A stretch of DNA of 64,000 nucleotides, from NCBI GenBank assembly GCA_050575255.1, contig JBNZDD010013627.1, positions 2,690,607-2,754,606 on the forward strand, written 5' to 3'. Positions 1-13,878 of this stretch are shown piece after piece. This DNA is from Harriotta raleighana. Its lineage: Eukaryota. Positions within the stretch are counted from its first letter, which is position 1, and every line of letters begins with the position of its first letter. The notes under the pieces were generated by a model. That model saw only the letters and a program-made list of their open reading frames with translations. It was not told where the DNA came from and ran no database searches. A program made the position numbers and the translations under genes.

Positions 1-128
1 GGTCTATTAGGCTATGGGGAGCGAGCAGGGCAGTGGGATTAAATCGCTCTTTTCAAAGAGCCGGCACAGACTAGATGGGCCGAATGGCCTCCTTTTGTGC
101 CGTAAAATTCTATGAATCTATGAATCTA
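1..128 (+). mobile_element. CR1 LINE 3' end
   Basis: GGCTATGGGGAGCGAGCAGG...GATGGGCCGAATGGCCTCCTT followed by a (TCTATGAA)-type tail, typical of a CR1 3' UTR. Confidence 0.75.
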
Positions 129-388
129 TTTGTACCTTGAAAGAGACATAGTTTTCATCTTTTTTATCTCGACTTGTGTCCTGGCCATCAAGTCATCCAG
201 ATAAACTAGGTCATTGATCCTGTAGGTCTATTGGGTCCTTGCAGTGAACAAAATACATAAACTAGCATGTTAGTCGACAAAAACTCTACACTTTGCAATG
301 TTTCCTGATGGATGCTTTGAGATATGAAGAGATGCTACAAAACTGCATATTTTCTCGAGTTAACTTAAATTAATTTAACATTTTTTAG

Positions 389-528
389 GGTCCGCTCAAT
401 GGGCATCTTTGACATCTGAAAAGAGGAACTTGCTTCTCAGATCCCTGGAGACCATGGATTCAGACAATCGACCAGAATTGAAAGACAAGGCCGCACAGCT
501 CAAGAAACAGCTCAAAAGCCTCCCATAA
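389..528 (+). CDS. ECPAS: Proteasome adaptor ECM29/ECPAS, last coding exon (gene starts upstream of the window)
   Basis: ttttttAG acceptor at 387-388. Translates [45 protein letters not shown], matching the recalled human ECM29 C-terminus ([44 protein letters not shown]). Confidence 0.85.
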
Positions 529-2733
529 GCTTGTAAATGTTTGTGCTCTTCAACAGGGTAACTTCAGCTGAAGATCTGTGACCAAAACGTGGTCCAGTTT
601 TGGACACCTAAAATCTTGTTTGCATTGTGGGGTAGACCTGTTCTAGAGTATGACAAAAATGCTGCACCTTCTGCTTAGAAGAAGTACGGTGCTAGTATGG
701 TGAATTCCGTATTCAAATGTGGGTGTTTGTGTGTTAAACTTAGTCACATTACGCAGATTATCCTGTATCTGCATCAGATGCGAATTATATCTATGCATCT
801 TGTTTTGTCTTCCTCCAGTGAAGTGAAGAGCTAAGAAATCTGAGGGTAAGGTCACGGAGAGTTTATTTTGATGCATGTTTCAAATACAATAGCTGGTTCA
901 GAATTGGAGGGGTGGTGCACACGGCTGTACTGAACTAATCAATTCAACTGAGAGCGTTCACTTCAGTTGAGTTGACACAAAGCAGAATAATAAAGTTAAA
1001 CTTTAGCCTGTTAAGTTGCGGTTTGAAGACGCGCAGATTGTTTCAGGTTTATAAGATCTGGCAACCCACTGTGCAAGGTACCTTGTGCCTCCCATTTTAT
1101 ATGTCATTCGGCACTGCCATTGAAATGACATGATGTATATCAGACATTATAACTTGTGCTGGACCTGTGTTTTTAATGTATTGAAAGGTGTAAGAGTTGA
1201 AGCTTCCCTGTCCTACGTGTGCATGTTAGTGTGCACCAGAAAGCAGTTCATCTATTAACTCTCATCGGGGTTTTGTTAACCATATGGACTTCTTGTCCAT
1301 TCAGCAGAATAAGAATTGGCAACATCTATTCCATACCCATGTTTTTTTCTTGTTTTTAACGTTTTATTGAGTTGACTTTCTTCATAATATTGTCGAGTTC
1401 TGTGGAAACACAATATCCATTGTTCTTCATTATATAACCTGTTTTGCCGTGCTGGCTTTTTCCATTTTGTTGCTTGTTTGTAAAGTGGAAATGATATTAC
1501 CCAATAGTTATTTTAAGTAGTTCTGCATCCTGACATACACTTTGTAGACTTGTTTTGAGTTTTAGGGAACTGAGGAGCCAACAGTTTTCACACTTGTTTC
1601 ATATGTAAAGATTTTGTTGGAGGTGTTTGAAAATGCAATGATTGTTTAAAGAACCATTAGCAAATTATCAAAATTTTGCACATATCCTTAATGCACACTT
1701 CTTTCCATACATGTCTCAAATGCGCCAATGAATACTTTAGGGCAACTCATTCAATTGTAGTTTGATGGTTTTATTCAGATTATACTGTATTCTTAATCAA
1801 ATAAATCACACTTCATTTTTTAGTGACCTACTTTAAAAGAATCCTTAAAATGCTGCAAATTAATTTTTCGAAGAAACCTGAGACAGCTTTGAGAGTAATT
1901 GTGTTTTTTAAACTGGAACATGGACAGATTCTGATAACATACACGGTTACACAAGGAATCTACATTGTTTCTTTACCAGCTCAGTTTCAACGGTCAGTAT
2001 AGTCATTTAGAATGGTGATATCTATAATACAGCAGGTTGAACGTGCTACCAATTTGGGATTAATCAGAAAAACATCTCCACAGTGATAAATAGAATGTTT
2101 TAATCTAATTTTTAAGACACTTTACAAAAAAAATTAAATTCTAAAATAAATTATATTGAAACCTAGCTGGAAATTTCATTCCTGAATGTTTCCCATCAAA
2201 TTAAGTCTTTGTTTTACATAATTGAGGTAGCAACACATTTAGCTCCAGCTCTGCTCGTAGGCCAAATCCACTGCCTCAGTTGGTTGAGTGTAGTTGGTTC
2301 ACAAACCAGATTTTAGCTGAGAATCAGACAGAATTGAAAGGTTTCCAAGTGAGTGGAAACTAATGACTCGACTGGTGCTGCTTGAATTGTGCTCATACAT
2401 CATGATGATCACCATTGCTGTGCAGTGTGGAGAAATGCCTCCTCTCCTGGTCAGTCAGTCAGTCGGTCGGTGTCTGACGGCAGACATTCTGTTTGTCTTT
2501 CAGTTAAATGATCTTTTGTTTTCAGTGCAGTTCTTTGGCGTACCGGTATTGAGTATAGATTTATAACTGATATTGAATTGACCTTACTATTGTACAGTAA
2601 ATGGCAACATGTTTATTTTCCTGATCCTCAAATGTCATTTAAGGATGCTTTGCTTTTTAGAATTCTTGATGGTTTTGAAAGAAATGTGAAAAACAGTTGT
2701 CTCTTTATTGCTCCACGTATAGTGGTGATGTGT

Positions 2734-2764
<31 letters not shown>

Positions 2765-3545
2765 AGAGCCAAGTAGATGTGGCCTTCCTCAAGTTTTCTA
2801 TGAAGAATGATTGCACTATTTTAATAACTTGAACACTGTATCTTGCCCAGTGTGGGCGATTCTTGCTGCTGCCATTTGCTAGTGAAGCTTTGTACTGAAG
2901 AAGAAACCTGCTATTTTGTTTTTGATTTGACAATGGATGGCGGCACATGTTCTCGACCTAATTGGTTTGTGCAAAATTTAAATCAAACTTTTAATAACCC
3001 CAAAAAGATGCCTGAATCAAAGTCCCCTTAAACCGCGTAGATTTGGGATTACCATCCAATACTTCAAATCTTTCCACTGTGAAATGCATTGTGGAGATGA
3101 TGCAAATGGATTTACACAGGTCAGAGTAAAATCCCCATCCAATACAAGGTCAGAGCCAACTCACAAGTAACTAGATGTGAAAGAAGCTGGTTGAAATAGA
3201 CTTGATTCCTGTGCTATTCAAACTTGGTGCCATTGCATTTTAGTATAATCTTAATAAGGTGCAGTCCACCGCAATTTCTGGCTGAAAGAAAAAGTAACAA
3301 TACACTAGATATATCTAATTCTGTGTCTTAGTGTAATCTCCAGGTGATCAATTCAGACCTGGAGATGAGGGTTGTTTGAGAATAAGAGTGGGCCCCTTAA
3401 AGAAATGTCCATTTGAAATGTGCTTGCATGATGTATATAAAAAAAATTATGCTTGGGTCTCATGTGAGACATTTTGGGGGGGCGGGGGGTGATGAATACA
3501 GACACTTTAACATCGCCAAAACCAATAAATGCTTTTGTGCTGTTG
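529..3545 (+). other. ECPAS: Probable ECPAS 3' UTR with alternative AATAAA signals (989, ~1800, ~2145, 3524)
   Basis: TE-poor, AT-rich stretch after the stop codon. AATAAA at 3524-3529 is followed by a GT/T-rich tract. True 3' end not determinable. Confidence 0.45.
2734..2766. repeat. (CA)n microsatellite
   Basis: Directly visible. Confidence 0.95.
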
Positions 3546-4179
3546 TACTACTTATTTCTGCTTTTGAATTTTGAGTTTTTATAATCATGAATGTGCATTA
3601 CATTTTAATGGTATTGTCAGAGACAAAACTTGTGATAATTTAACTGGAGTGAAAATAAAATGATAGCTCAATGCTATTGTGCAACAAGAGGATACATTAA
3701 GAGTGCAATTAATAATAAAATAATAATCCTTGCATTTGATGCAATGTTTTATCACGTCTTTGAGACGTCTCAAAGTACTTCACTGTAAAGTTAATTGACT
3801 GTATATTTTATGGGTGAAATGTATTTCAACCCAACGGTAGTGTACTTAGAGGGAGCCATGTACAAAGTCAAAATGATTAGGAACAACAGCAAGAGTTAAT
3901 AGCAAAGCCTGAAGAACATTCTTTTGGGGCTGAATAGTCTCCAAGCAGAAACAAAGTAAGGACGTAAATCTTATCATACTCGAGGACACGTAATTAGAAA
4001 TAGACTAATACAACATGATCTTTTTTCGTTTGAATGTTGGGTAAATTAGTCTCTAATACTTGCTGAAATTATATTAACAGATAGAAAGAAGCCATTTCCT
4101 CTGGTAGTTGAATCCAAAATAAAGGGCGTTGTCTTTTAAGAGTGAAATAAGGAAGCATTTTTTCACATAAATAATGGTA

Positions 4180-4372
4180 GAAAACAGGAACATTTTTCCC
4201 AAAAGGCACTGGATGCTGGGGGTCGATAGACTTTTGATAGGTAAAGGTATATTAAAGGATATGGTGAAAAAAAAGAAAATTGGAATCAAAAGGATTAGTT
4301 GAGGTACAGATCAGCCATGATCTAATTACATGCCAGAACAGATTGTGAGGGCTGAATGGCCTACTCCTGTTA
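4180..4372 (+). mobile_element. CR1-type LINE 3' fragment
   Basis: ...TACAGATCAGCCATGATCTAATT...GGGCTGAATGGCCTACTCCTGTT end motif, shared with 46484-46602 and 55019-55316. Confidence 0.65.
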
Positions 4373-6489
4373 TGATTTATTTAAGACAAAAGATTTGTTA
4401 GAAATAACGATAGACTGATCAGCTGTATAATTTTTTTTAATTTCTCAGAACCTCGAGACATTCTCCCGATGTGAAAGGTGCTATATAACAACAAAATTAC
4501 ATTTGTATAAATGCAATTTGTTGTCGATTTGATTCTGAACCCCATCTATGTTTACCATGCCTCTAAATGTATTTCTCTCTAGAATCCCCATTAGAACTTA
4601 TTGACACTTATTGTAGAGCCAGAGGTGCAGCTTCAGCACAATTAATGTTCATTTCAAATCAGTGTAGCCCAGCATCGTATAAGCATTGTTCATCATCACA
4701 TCACAATGTGTTGATACAAGAAGCATATAGTCCAATACTGATCACACCAATTATTTGCCACTACAGTATTAATTTAACCAGTTTGAATCATGCCAGCAGT
4801 TTCCGAAAATGACAAATTAATTTCGGATTCAATGTCCCATGGCCAAATTGGGAAGGTAGAACTAATTCACCTTTCATAGTTAAAGACTTAAATGGAGGAA
4901 AGGCAGTAAAATTTGTTTTTGTCTGAATTTGGTCTTTTAATGATCTACCACCTCCATTTTATTCATGAAACCCATCAGCGATTCATTCTGTTACTACACA
5001 CCAGGAATGTTTGTTGCCAATTATATTCTGTTCTTATTCTGATTGCTGCCGTTAATAGCTCAGTTAACTCTGCTTTTTAATATGTTTTCTCGGTTCCTCA
5101 CAGTTCTCAGTGACTCAAGTTCGGTTTCAGAATATGTGGTTTTGTTTCATGTGTTTTAATCCTTTTGTGAGTACCAGTACTTCCGTTGCCTCCCCTCCAT
5201 AAATTCTAGCTTTGTATCCCCTTTTCTGAAAACAAATTTGGATGTATGGAAATCCTTTCTATTGATTTGTAATATCCAGGGGATGCACTCTCGTCCCAGA
5301 GAAAGAGCCCTTTATTTCATTTGTTTCAAATGTCAATTTGTTGTGGTTTAAATCCTAAGTGACGTATGCAGAGAAAACACTTGGACAGGAAGATTTATGC
5401 TCAGATTATCATTCAACTAATAATTATTGTGGACCAAGCCCATTGGGATTCAGTTGTCAACCGTGTGTGAATCATTGCTAATGAAAGAAATAATAAATTG
5501 GTCATTTCAATCCACGACTGTTTGTGGCACTCTGTTGTGTGCAATTAGCAGTTGTGTTTCACCCACAAATATACAGTCAATTCACTTTACAGTACATGAT
5601 AATTGACTGTGAAATGCTTTGAGACTTCTAGAAGATGTGAAAAGTGCTATAATCAAATGCAAGTATTCTTATCACAGCAAGAACAACAATCAGGTCTTTG
5701 AAAACCTCCAAACCACCTTAAACATACGTAAATTATTCACCCCATTGCTGTTTATGAATAATTATTTGAATAGGTCAGCTATATTATATTTTTCTCAAAA
5801 TAGGTATTTGGGCTCTGTTTTTCTTTCCTGCCCTTCACGGGTATTTTAAATTTAAAGTTACTACTGAACAAGAGAATAGAACATTTTGTAGTCGATGGAT
5901 GATGCCTGCTGGTGGAATTTACTAAGAGGAGAAAATTGAGTTATCATTCAATGACTGGCGCTATATCAATTCAATTTTTTGTTTTATACGGTTGCCGGAA
6001 GACCTGTTTTCTCCTCAAGAGTTCTCAGTGCAATCCCCTGAAGCCCTGAAATGTCTTGACAACACGATAAACCGTTGCGTTCCTGTGTTTCTTGTGTTAT
6101 TACTTGTGTTCAAAAAGTTTCTTGATTTCCAAACTTGCCTGTGGGAGATTGGAAAACCCACGTTTGGATTGCAGCCAAAACATTTCGCCTTTATGTGGGC
6201 AACATGTGCCAAATGAGGTCATGGATGGAGTCATAATAATAATAATAATAATCTTTGCATTTGAAATAGCGCCTTATCACATCAAGGACTTATCAGCACT
6301 TCACAGAATATATTGTAAAGTGGATTGACTTTGTATTTTGTAGGCAAAATCGACTTGTTTCATTCCCTCACTCATCAGCAATGCTTCACACACACGATTG
6401 CTTTCTCTGGCCATCATCATCTAGAGATATGTGTGCATTTCCTATCTCATTATATGTCTATTCACATTTCATAAGAGATGATGGGATAT

Positions 6490-6805
6490 GGAGCTCCTGT
6501 GGCTCAGTGGTTAGAGCACTCGCCTTACAAGCATGAGATCTGTGTTCAAATCCAGGCAGATCAGGGCGAAACCTTGGGCAAGTTTCCTTACTCCACATGC
6601 CTAATAATAATCCCTCTAAAAAAAAATACAATAATAAAATTGGTCATTTCAATCCATGACTGTTTGTGGGACGCTGCTGTGCGCAATTGGCTGCCGATTT
6701 ACGCCCACAAATATACAGTCAATTCACATTACAGTATATTCTGTGAAGCGCTTGAGACGCCAATAAGATGTGAAAAGCGCTATATCAAATGCAAGGATTA
6801 TTATG
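6490..6805 (+). mobile_element. Full-length tRNA-derived SINE with L2-type 3' tail
   Basis: A-box TGGCTCAGTGG, B-box GTTCAAATCC, conserved body (CCCACAAATATACAGTCAATTCAC), tail GCGCTATATCAAATGCAAGGATTATTA. Dozens of copies or fragments in the window. Confidence 0.9.
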
Positions 6806-8124
6806 TTGTGGTATGATCATTAACACAGTACATGATAATTGTCACTTTTGAGTGGGTTCACCTTGAACAAGGCAACCATTGCTGTTGGTGACAAGTAGAA
6901 AATGTTATGATGGTTATGGTCAGAAACCTGTGGTCTGACAGACTCTACAGACACAGCTGCTTGTCAGCATTTTTGAGTCAGCAATGACATTATTGTGGCC
7001 GTGTATGGAGCCATCAATCACAATGGGAAGATACGTGTACAAATGATAGGAAGACAGTCAGTAAGAGGTAGTAGCTGAAAATTTAACAAGGGGGCACATG
7101 GTGAGACTGTGCTGTAAGTATCCATGTTATATCAAGGACGTTATAATGGGGTAGGCCTATATTTTGTAGGGATAGGATTTGCATTAATATGATTCACCAA
7201 ACAAGCCATGTTATGGATACCTAATCTGGAGGGTCGTTGGCCAGGATAGCAGGAAAAACTCTTTTTTTCTTTCCAAGTATTATCATGGGAACCTTTTAAC
7301 ACCCACAGACGGATATGATGCTGATACAATTCATTAACCAAACTATGGTACTTCTGACTAACGTAGTTTCTCCCCCGATCACTGTAACTGGGAATTCAAA
7401 TTCTGTCAAGGGGATTGAACCCACAACTTTATGACTCAGAAAATGATGCCACCAAATTAATGCCAATTCTCATTATCATAATTGTGTAAGTTCACCATTA
7501 TGATAATGTCTTTATTTGTATTTAAATCTGATATAGTATTGCGTTAAACGGATGAGGAAGTGATCCTGAAATGCAAATGATCCTACATTCTTCTGTTGAC
7601 TCCAAACGCAAGGCTTGATATATATCTTCCACTGGATAATTTTAATACATCATTTTAATGTATTAATTTTAATACATTAAAATTGCTGTTTAAGAACAAT
7701 GTATTGTTCAAATCCGATGCTTTATAAAATACTAAGAACAATGCCTTTTCACCTGAAACATGTGAAACAATACATTTTCCGGTATCTGAAACCAGTGAGG
7801 AAATGTGCTCCAATTGAGGAATGACCAAGATTGTGAGGAATAGGGTAAGGTTGAAAAAATCTAAATGAGAAGAATCCAAAAATGTGGATGGAGGACATCT
7901 GTTGTATTTCATGTGATATATTTATCTGAGTGTATTAATATGTATATGAAATTCACAATAAAATTGATTTTAAAAATACTCAGGAAACTAAAGTATACTT
8001 TTTAATGGGGGAGACTTGTGGAGACATATTTATTTGAACTGACACTTGCCAAAACTCATCACCATCCTAAAGATTATCCAGACTAGAGTTATCTAGAGTT
8101 CCACAGATATATGGCGCCTAAACG

Positions 8125-8440
8125 GGGAGTCCTGTAGCTAAATAGTTTGAGCACTCGCCTTGCAAGCTAGAGACCTGTGTTCGATTCCAGGTTGGGCATA
8201 ACCTTGAGCAAGTTTCTTTACTCCACGTGCCTAATAATAATCCCTCAAAAAATAAACAATAATCAATTGGTATTTTCATTCCACGACTGTTTGTGGGACA
8301 CTGCTTTGCGCAATTTGCTGCCACGTTTAACCCACAAATAGACAGTCAATTCGCTTTACAGTATATTCTGTGAAGTGCTTTGAAACATCTAGAAGATGTG
8401 AAAAGCACTATATCAAATTCAAGGATTTTTATGATTATAT
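8125..8440 (+). mobile_element. tRNA-derived SINE (full length)
   Basis: Same head, body and tail as 6490-6805. Confidence 0.88.
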
Positions 8441-9547
8441 TTCTATGTCTGGAATGGAATTCCTGTAGGGTTCTGGGCAATGAACAGAATCAGACCAGTT
8501 TATTCGTTATAGTTTAATTAAGGATCTGAGAAAAGATGACCAAAGACACTCAGAAATTCGTGCTTTGAAAATTCCTTGCTGAATAAGAAATGTAAAGTTT
8601 GTTAGATCATTGAACTAACAAACTTGTCAGTAGCATAGATTACATCAAAGCAACAGAATCAGTAGTTTGCCGGTCCATAAATCATTAAAATCTTTGCTTC
8701 TTTGGTAGAGTTAGTTGGTGAATTCACAAACAGCAGGTAAAAATCTTACATCACATGTAAAGTATCTTGCTTCAGACCAGAAATCTCTTGTTTGGGGTTC
8801 GTTGATTACAAAGTCAAAGTTGAACCTTCAATGGATCAATCTTCAGTGTATTGGGACGTCCTCCCGACATGAAAGGCCCAATACAAATGTAATTTTGTTG
8901 TTGGTGGTGATGGAGTACTTTACTCAACAGTTGTTATACATCGTTTACTCTTCTTCCTAAAAACAACACATTTGCTTCACCACTTTATATCGCCACATGA
9001 AAGATGGCTCTTGTGTGGACAGCACCTGGTAAGCAAAGTCCTAGGCTGAACAAAGTATAGTTCAACCATACATTTTTTATAATCGATTTTCCACAGACGG
9101 GATCAGAATGCAAAATCTTCCCATTCTCATGACCAGGAAGTAATTATCTCACATACAATAATAGTAAAATATAATCACCAGAATTGTACTACACCATGTG
9201 GAGAATTGTGATTATTATAGAACAACATAGATGATTATAAAACTTGATTTGATATTGAAAAGATATTTGCAACACCAGCATGTCTACAGCCCTCTATCTA
9301 TTGGGATGAGTTATCTCAAAGCACTTTACTTAGAAGCTCCAAGTAGATGGAGAGAAGAGGAAGATGAATTTAAGGCTGTTGACCAAATGCAGAATCAAGG
9401 AAAGAATGAGTAAGGCTAAAATAAATTTAGGATGACTGACTGGGGTACTGGCAGTGAAAATCAGAGTGTCTACAGAGTGAGTGAAAATATTCTGTGGTCA
9501 CTCTATGCCCCCATTAAAATAAATAATCTTTGCATTTACTATAGCTG

Positions 9548-10184
9548 CCTTATCATCACATCCATCACATTCATCACATCCAGGTTCAACTATGGGAACT
9601 CTCTCCTTGTCGGCCTTCCCAGCTCCTCCCTTCACAAGCTGTAGATTATTCAGAACTCTGCAGCTCGTGTACTCTCCCGCACTGGGCTCCGCGACCACAT
9701 TACTCCCAGCCTCACCCATCTCCATTGGCTCCCCATCCCCCAGAGAATCGAATTCAAGATCCTCGTCCTCATCTTCAAGACCATTCACGGCCTTGCTCCC
9801 GCCTATCTCTCCGAGCTGCTGTCTCCCTATCAGCCTGCCTGTCCCCTCCGTTCAGTGGGCTCCGGCTTGCTCCATGTCCCCCGCCCGAACTGCACTAACA
9901 TTGGCGGATGGGCTTTCAGCCTTTCTGCCCTCACACTCTGGAACTCCATCCCGCAATCCTTTTGCCTCGCTGCTCCCTTTCCTCCTTAAGGACAGTCTCA
10001 AGACCTTCCTCTTCAACCATGCCTTCTGCTGCTCTCCTAACTCTCCCCCCTTTCCTACTCTCATTCCTCCTTCCCCTACCCTGACCTTTCCCCCACTGCT
10101 CGGGTCCCGACCTAACTGTTCAGTGCCTTGGGACATCCTCCCGAAGTGAAAGGCGCTCTATAAATGTAATTTTGTTATTGTTTT
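9548..10184 (+). mobile_element. L2 LINE 3' fragment (ORF2 C-terminus plus tail)
   Basis: Translates ITSRFNYGNSLLVGLP...LHWLP...FKILVL motifs. Tail GGGACATCCTCCCGAAGTGAAAGGCGCT...(TTG)n. Confidence 0.85.
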
Positions 10185-11460
10185 ATCACATCACACGACC
10201 CCTCAAAGCCTTTTGCATGATATACTGTAAAGTGGTGTGTATGTAATTTTATGAACAATCATAATGTCTGTCCCCTTTTTATAGGCTCACTAACTGGTGG
10301 AAACAGATTATATTCACCTTATCAATCCCTNATTGTTTTATCACATCACACGACCCCTCAAAGCCTTTTGCATGATATACTGTAAAGTGGTGTGTATGTA
10401 ATTTTATGAACAATCATAGGCTCACTAACTGGTGGAAACAGATTATATTCACCTTATCAATCCCTTATCAATATTCTAAAGATCTCTTATCAGATCACTT
10501 CTCAAATACCTCATCTACAGAGAGAAAAAGTCAAAAGCTGCCCAATCTTTCCTGACAATTGTATCTTCTCATTACAGATAGCATCCAGGTAAATCTACGC
10601 TGCACTCTCTCCCTTGCTACAATATCCTTTCTTGTGTCGTGGTCAGAACTGTATAGTAATCCAAATGTAGACTAACCAAGGTTTATAACAAATTAACCTC
10701 AGTACAATTTCATATAAAATTAGCAGTTTCACCCATAAAATATAGTCAATTCACTTTACATTATATTCTGTGAAGTGCTTTGAGAATTCTTGAAGACAGG
10801 ATAGATGCTATAGCAAATGTAAGGATTATTATTATTAACAGCCTATGCAACCCTCAGGCAAACTAAAACTTGGATTTATTTCTTCTACACACAAACTAGA
10901 CAATACAATACAAAATAATATTAGTACAAAGCCTTTCACGTCGGGANATTTCTTTCTTCTACACACAAACTAGACAATACAATACAAAATAATATTAGTA
11001 CAAAGCCTTTCACGTCGGGAAGGCCCTGGAGGAGATTTATATGATGTACTTCTGCTTGTGAGGTACCAAGCCATATTTAACAAAATGTGTGTTGGCGGAG
11101 TGTTCCACAAATGACACCAAGTCAATATTTTTAAAGTAAACATTACAAGGATTTGTTTCACCCACAAATATACAGTCAATTTTTTCCTACTTTCCTTCCC
11201 CTTCCCCGCTCTGATCCCTACTTGACTGTACAGCGCTTTGGGACGTCCTCCCNAGACAAATATACAGTCAATTTTTTCCTACTTTCCTTCCCCTTCCCCC
11301 TCCCCGCTCTGATCCCTACTTGACTGTACAGCGCTTTGGGACGTCCTCCCAACGTGAAAGATGCTATAGAAAGGTAATTTTGATGGAATGATTGATTGAA
11401 GAACATTAGCAGCCTGTTCAGCAAAACTCACTGATGAAAGGCAATGGAAACTCACTGAAC

Positions 11461-11536
11461 CAGCTGGTCCAGGCAGCTGATGTCATTGACTTGCTGCCTA
11501 GGCAACAGCAAATAAATTATTCACAGCAGATAAAAG
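11461..11536 (+). promoter_or_regulatory. SCG5: Candidate SCG5 core promoter: two CAGCTG E-boxes, CRE-like TGATGTCA, X-box GCTGCCTAGGCAAC, TATA-like GATAAAAG
   Basis: Motifs at 11461, 11474, 11478-11485, 11493-11506 and 11529-11536, directly upstream of a candidate first exon ending in G|GTAAGA. Confidence 0.6.
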
Positions 11537-11557
11537 GCTCCTGCAAAATCCTGGGGA

Positions 11558-11626
11558 GGAAAAAAAGAAACGCTTCTGTTATCTCTAACCACACTCTCTC
11601 TGGCTGAATATCATAACTTGTCTACG
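11558..11626 (+). other. SCG5: Putative non-coding exon 1 of SCG5
   Basis: Donor G|GTAAGA at 11627. Start inferred ~28 nt after the TATA-like box. The next acceptor (12048) precedes the ATG. Confidence 0.5.
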
Positions 11627-12055
11627 GTAAGATTAGTTCATCTGTTACATCTCGAAAATATAGTGTATCCAAAAGACATCTTTTAGTGTTTATGTATAAT
11701 AAGAGCCAATGTGTGTGTATAGGAAGGACATCTTTAAGCCAGGAATTGGAAACCCCGATGATGCTTACATTGTGCATGACTGCAAAGGATAAAAATACTG
11801 CAAAAAGCTTCACTTCAGTGAAAGTCAGCTTTACCTAATGTTCAGTATGATGCCGCTGCTGTGATCTGAATCTGTCAATTTAATGTTATATTTTGGACTT
11901 CAATCACCATAACGTATCTCTGCTGCATTGTGCAGATTCGTGGCATTTAATTGCAGGCGAATGTATTGAATGTTTTAGGGAACGAGTTAAAGGAAGGTAT
12001 TTGTTTACTGTCATTATCTGCCTTGCTCTCTATTCTGTGTGCCTGCAGCTTTGCG

Positions 12056-12269
12056 ATGGCGTTAGCTATGATCTATCGAGCAGCCGCTGTGGCAGTATTT
12101 GGGCTGGCTCTGGCTTCAGCTCGCAGCTCCCGAGATCCCGACACGGTTTCTGAAGCTGAGATCCAACGGCTGCTGCATGGAGTCATGGAGCAGTTGGGCA
12201 TCGCTCGGCCTAGAGTCGAATACCCAGCTCACCAGGCAATGAACCTGGTCGGGCCGCAGAGCATTGAAG
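12056..12269 (+). CDS. SCG5: Neuroendocrine protein 7B2, coding exon 1 (signal peptide plus N-terminus)
   Basis: Acceptor ctgcAG at 12048, ATG at 12056. [71 protein letters not shown]. Donor GT at 12270. Confidence 0.93.
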
Positions 12270-13155
12270 GTACCAGATTTAACGGCTGTTGAGGAAGCTA
12301 CTGTGACTGTTCAACGTAGTTGCATTCATCCGAGGAATCAAAAAATGAAATAAATTAAATCTTTTTCTTTTTTCATTAAAATTATTGAATAAAAAAATGC
12401 AAATAAAAGTGTTTTTTTAAAAGAATATTTGAATAAAAAAGGTAAACCCAGAAAAGATTCTGAAGCAATAAATAATTATAACAATGAATAATTTAAAAAA
12501 ATGATTTTTACATATTGAATCTGGATTATATGTTAATTCTATATTAATTGGAGTATATTCATTGATAATAATGCTGCAACGTATATTTAAAATATTTAAT
12601 TCATTATAAATTAATGGATCAAAGGATTTAGATTGCATGGTATGGATAAAAGGGTTTTAATCTGAGTTTTGCGCTGAATTATTGCATGAAGGCATAAAGA
12701 TCTTTGCTTTTGAACAAGGCTGTGTCATTGGTTTACAATAATTAGTAAGGCATTTGCTTCTGAATTATTTCCACCACTCTGTTGGAGTTTGAATGTCTAT
12801 CCCTATATTTTATGATGAACTACCTTGAAGACAGGAGGACACTGTATTCCTTTAAGAAACAACTTGATATTCAAATTGGAGGACTGTATGATGAGTATTC
12901 TGGAAGAATGAAGTCTAATAGTTAAATTGAACTTTATTCACACCCTTTTTTGATCCGATGGACTCCAGACATCGAGTCACCATTTATAATTCCATTCAAT
13001 CACACAGAGACACACACATTACTACTTTATTTAACCCACCCAAACGTCATAGTAAAACAAACTACATTTTTTTTTAAAAACTGCTTTGACCAACAGGTTG
13101 ATGCTTAAGTACGACCCACTTTCAATTCCATCTCTGTGAGAAGTGGACCAGGTTT

Positions 13156-13648
13156 AGGAGTCTTGTGGCTCAGTGGTTAGAGCACTCGCTTTACAAGCGA
13201 GAGACCTGTGTTCAAATCCAGGCTGGTCAGGGCGAAACCTTGGGCAGGTTTCCTTACCCCACACGCCTAATAGTAATCCCTAAAAAGGGATTTTTAATAC
13301 AATTACATTTGTATAGCGCCTTTCACGTCAGAAGGACATCCCGAGGCCCTGGACAATCACTGTTTCAGACCTGAGCTGGGGCGGTGGGGAGGGAAGTGGG
13401 GGATTAGTTGTTGCAGATGGGATCATCGAAGAGGAGAGTCATGAGGTGAGTCTTGAAGGAGGCCAATGGTAAATAAATTGGTCATTTCAATCCACAACTG
13501 TTTATGGGACACTACTGTGCACAATTGGCTGCCGCGTTTCGCCCACAAATATACAGTCAATTCGCTTTACGGTATATTCTATGAAGCGCTTTGAGACATC
13601 TAGAAGACGTGAAAAGCGCTATATCAAATGCAAGGATTATTATTATTG
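13156..13648 (+). mobile_element. tRNA-derived SINE interrupted by an antisense L2 3' end (~13297-13468)
   Basis: SINE head, then a reverse-complement L2 tail, then the SINE body resumes. Confidence 0.8.
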
Positions 13649-13878
13649 GTAAGATTGCTAAATTAACTGCTGAGATTGGCCAACCAGACCTATCACCTGT
13701 GGTCAGCCTGGTCTTGATCTTGGCTTTATCAACTAGATCATTGGTGGCAGAATTAGTGCAATGTTTGACAGTAATTTCTCAGGAGTTTAACTTGTGCGAT
13801 ACTCCGGTTTGGGTGAGTGATGATGTCAGAGACTATTATGAGTATTAATCTGTGTTGTTTTCTCTGTGTTGTGACCAG

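Noticed and set aside
6478-6816. Recurrent ORFs such as IQSIHFTVYSVKRFE / KRYIKCKDYYY
   Set aside because: Translations of the non-coding SINE, not a protein family.
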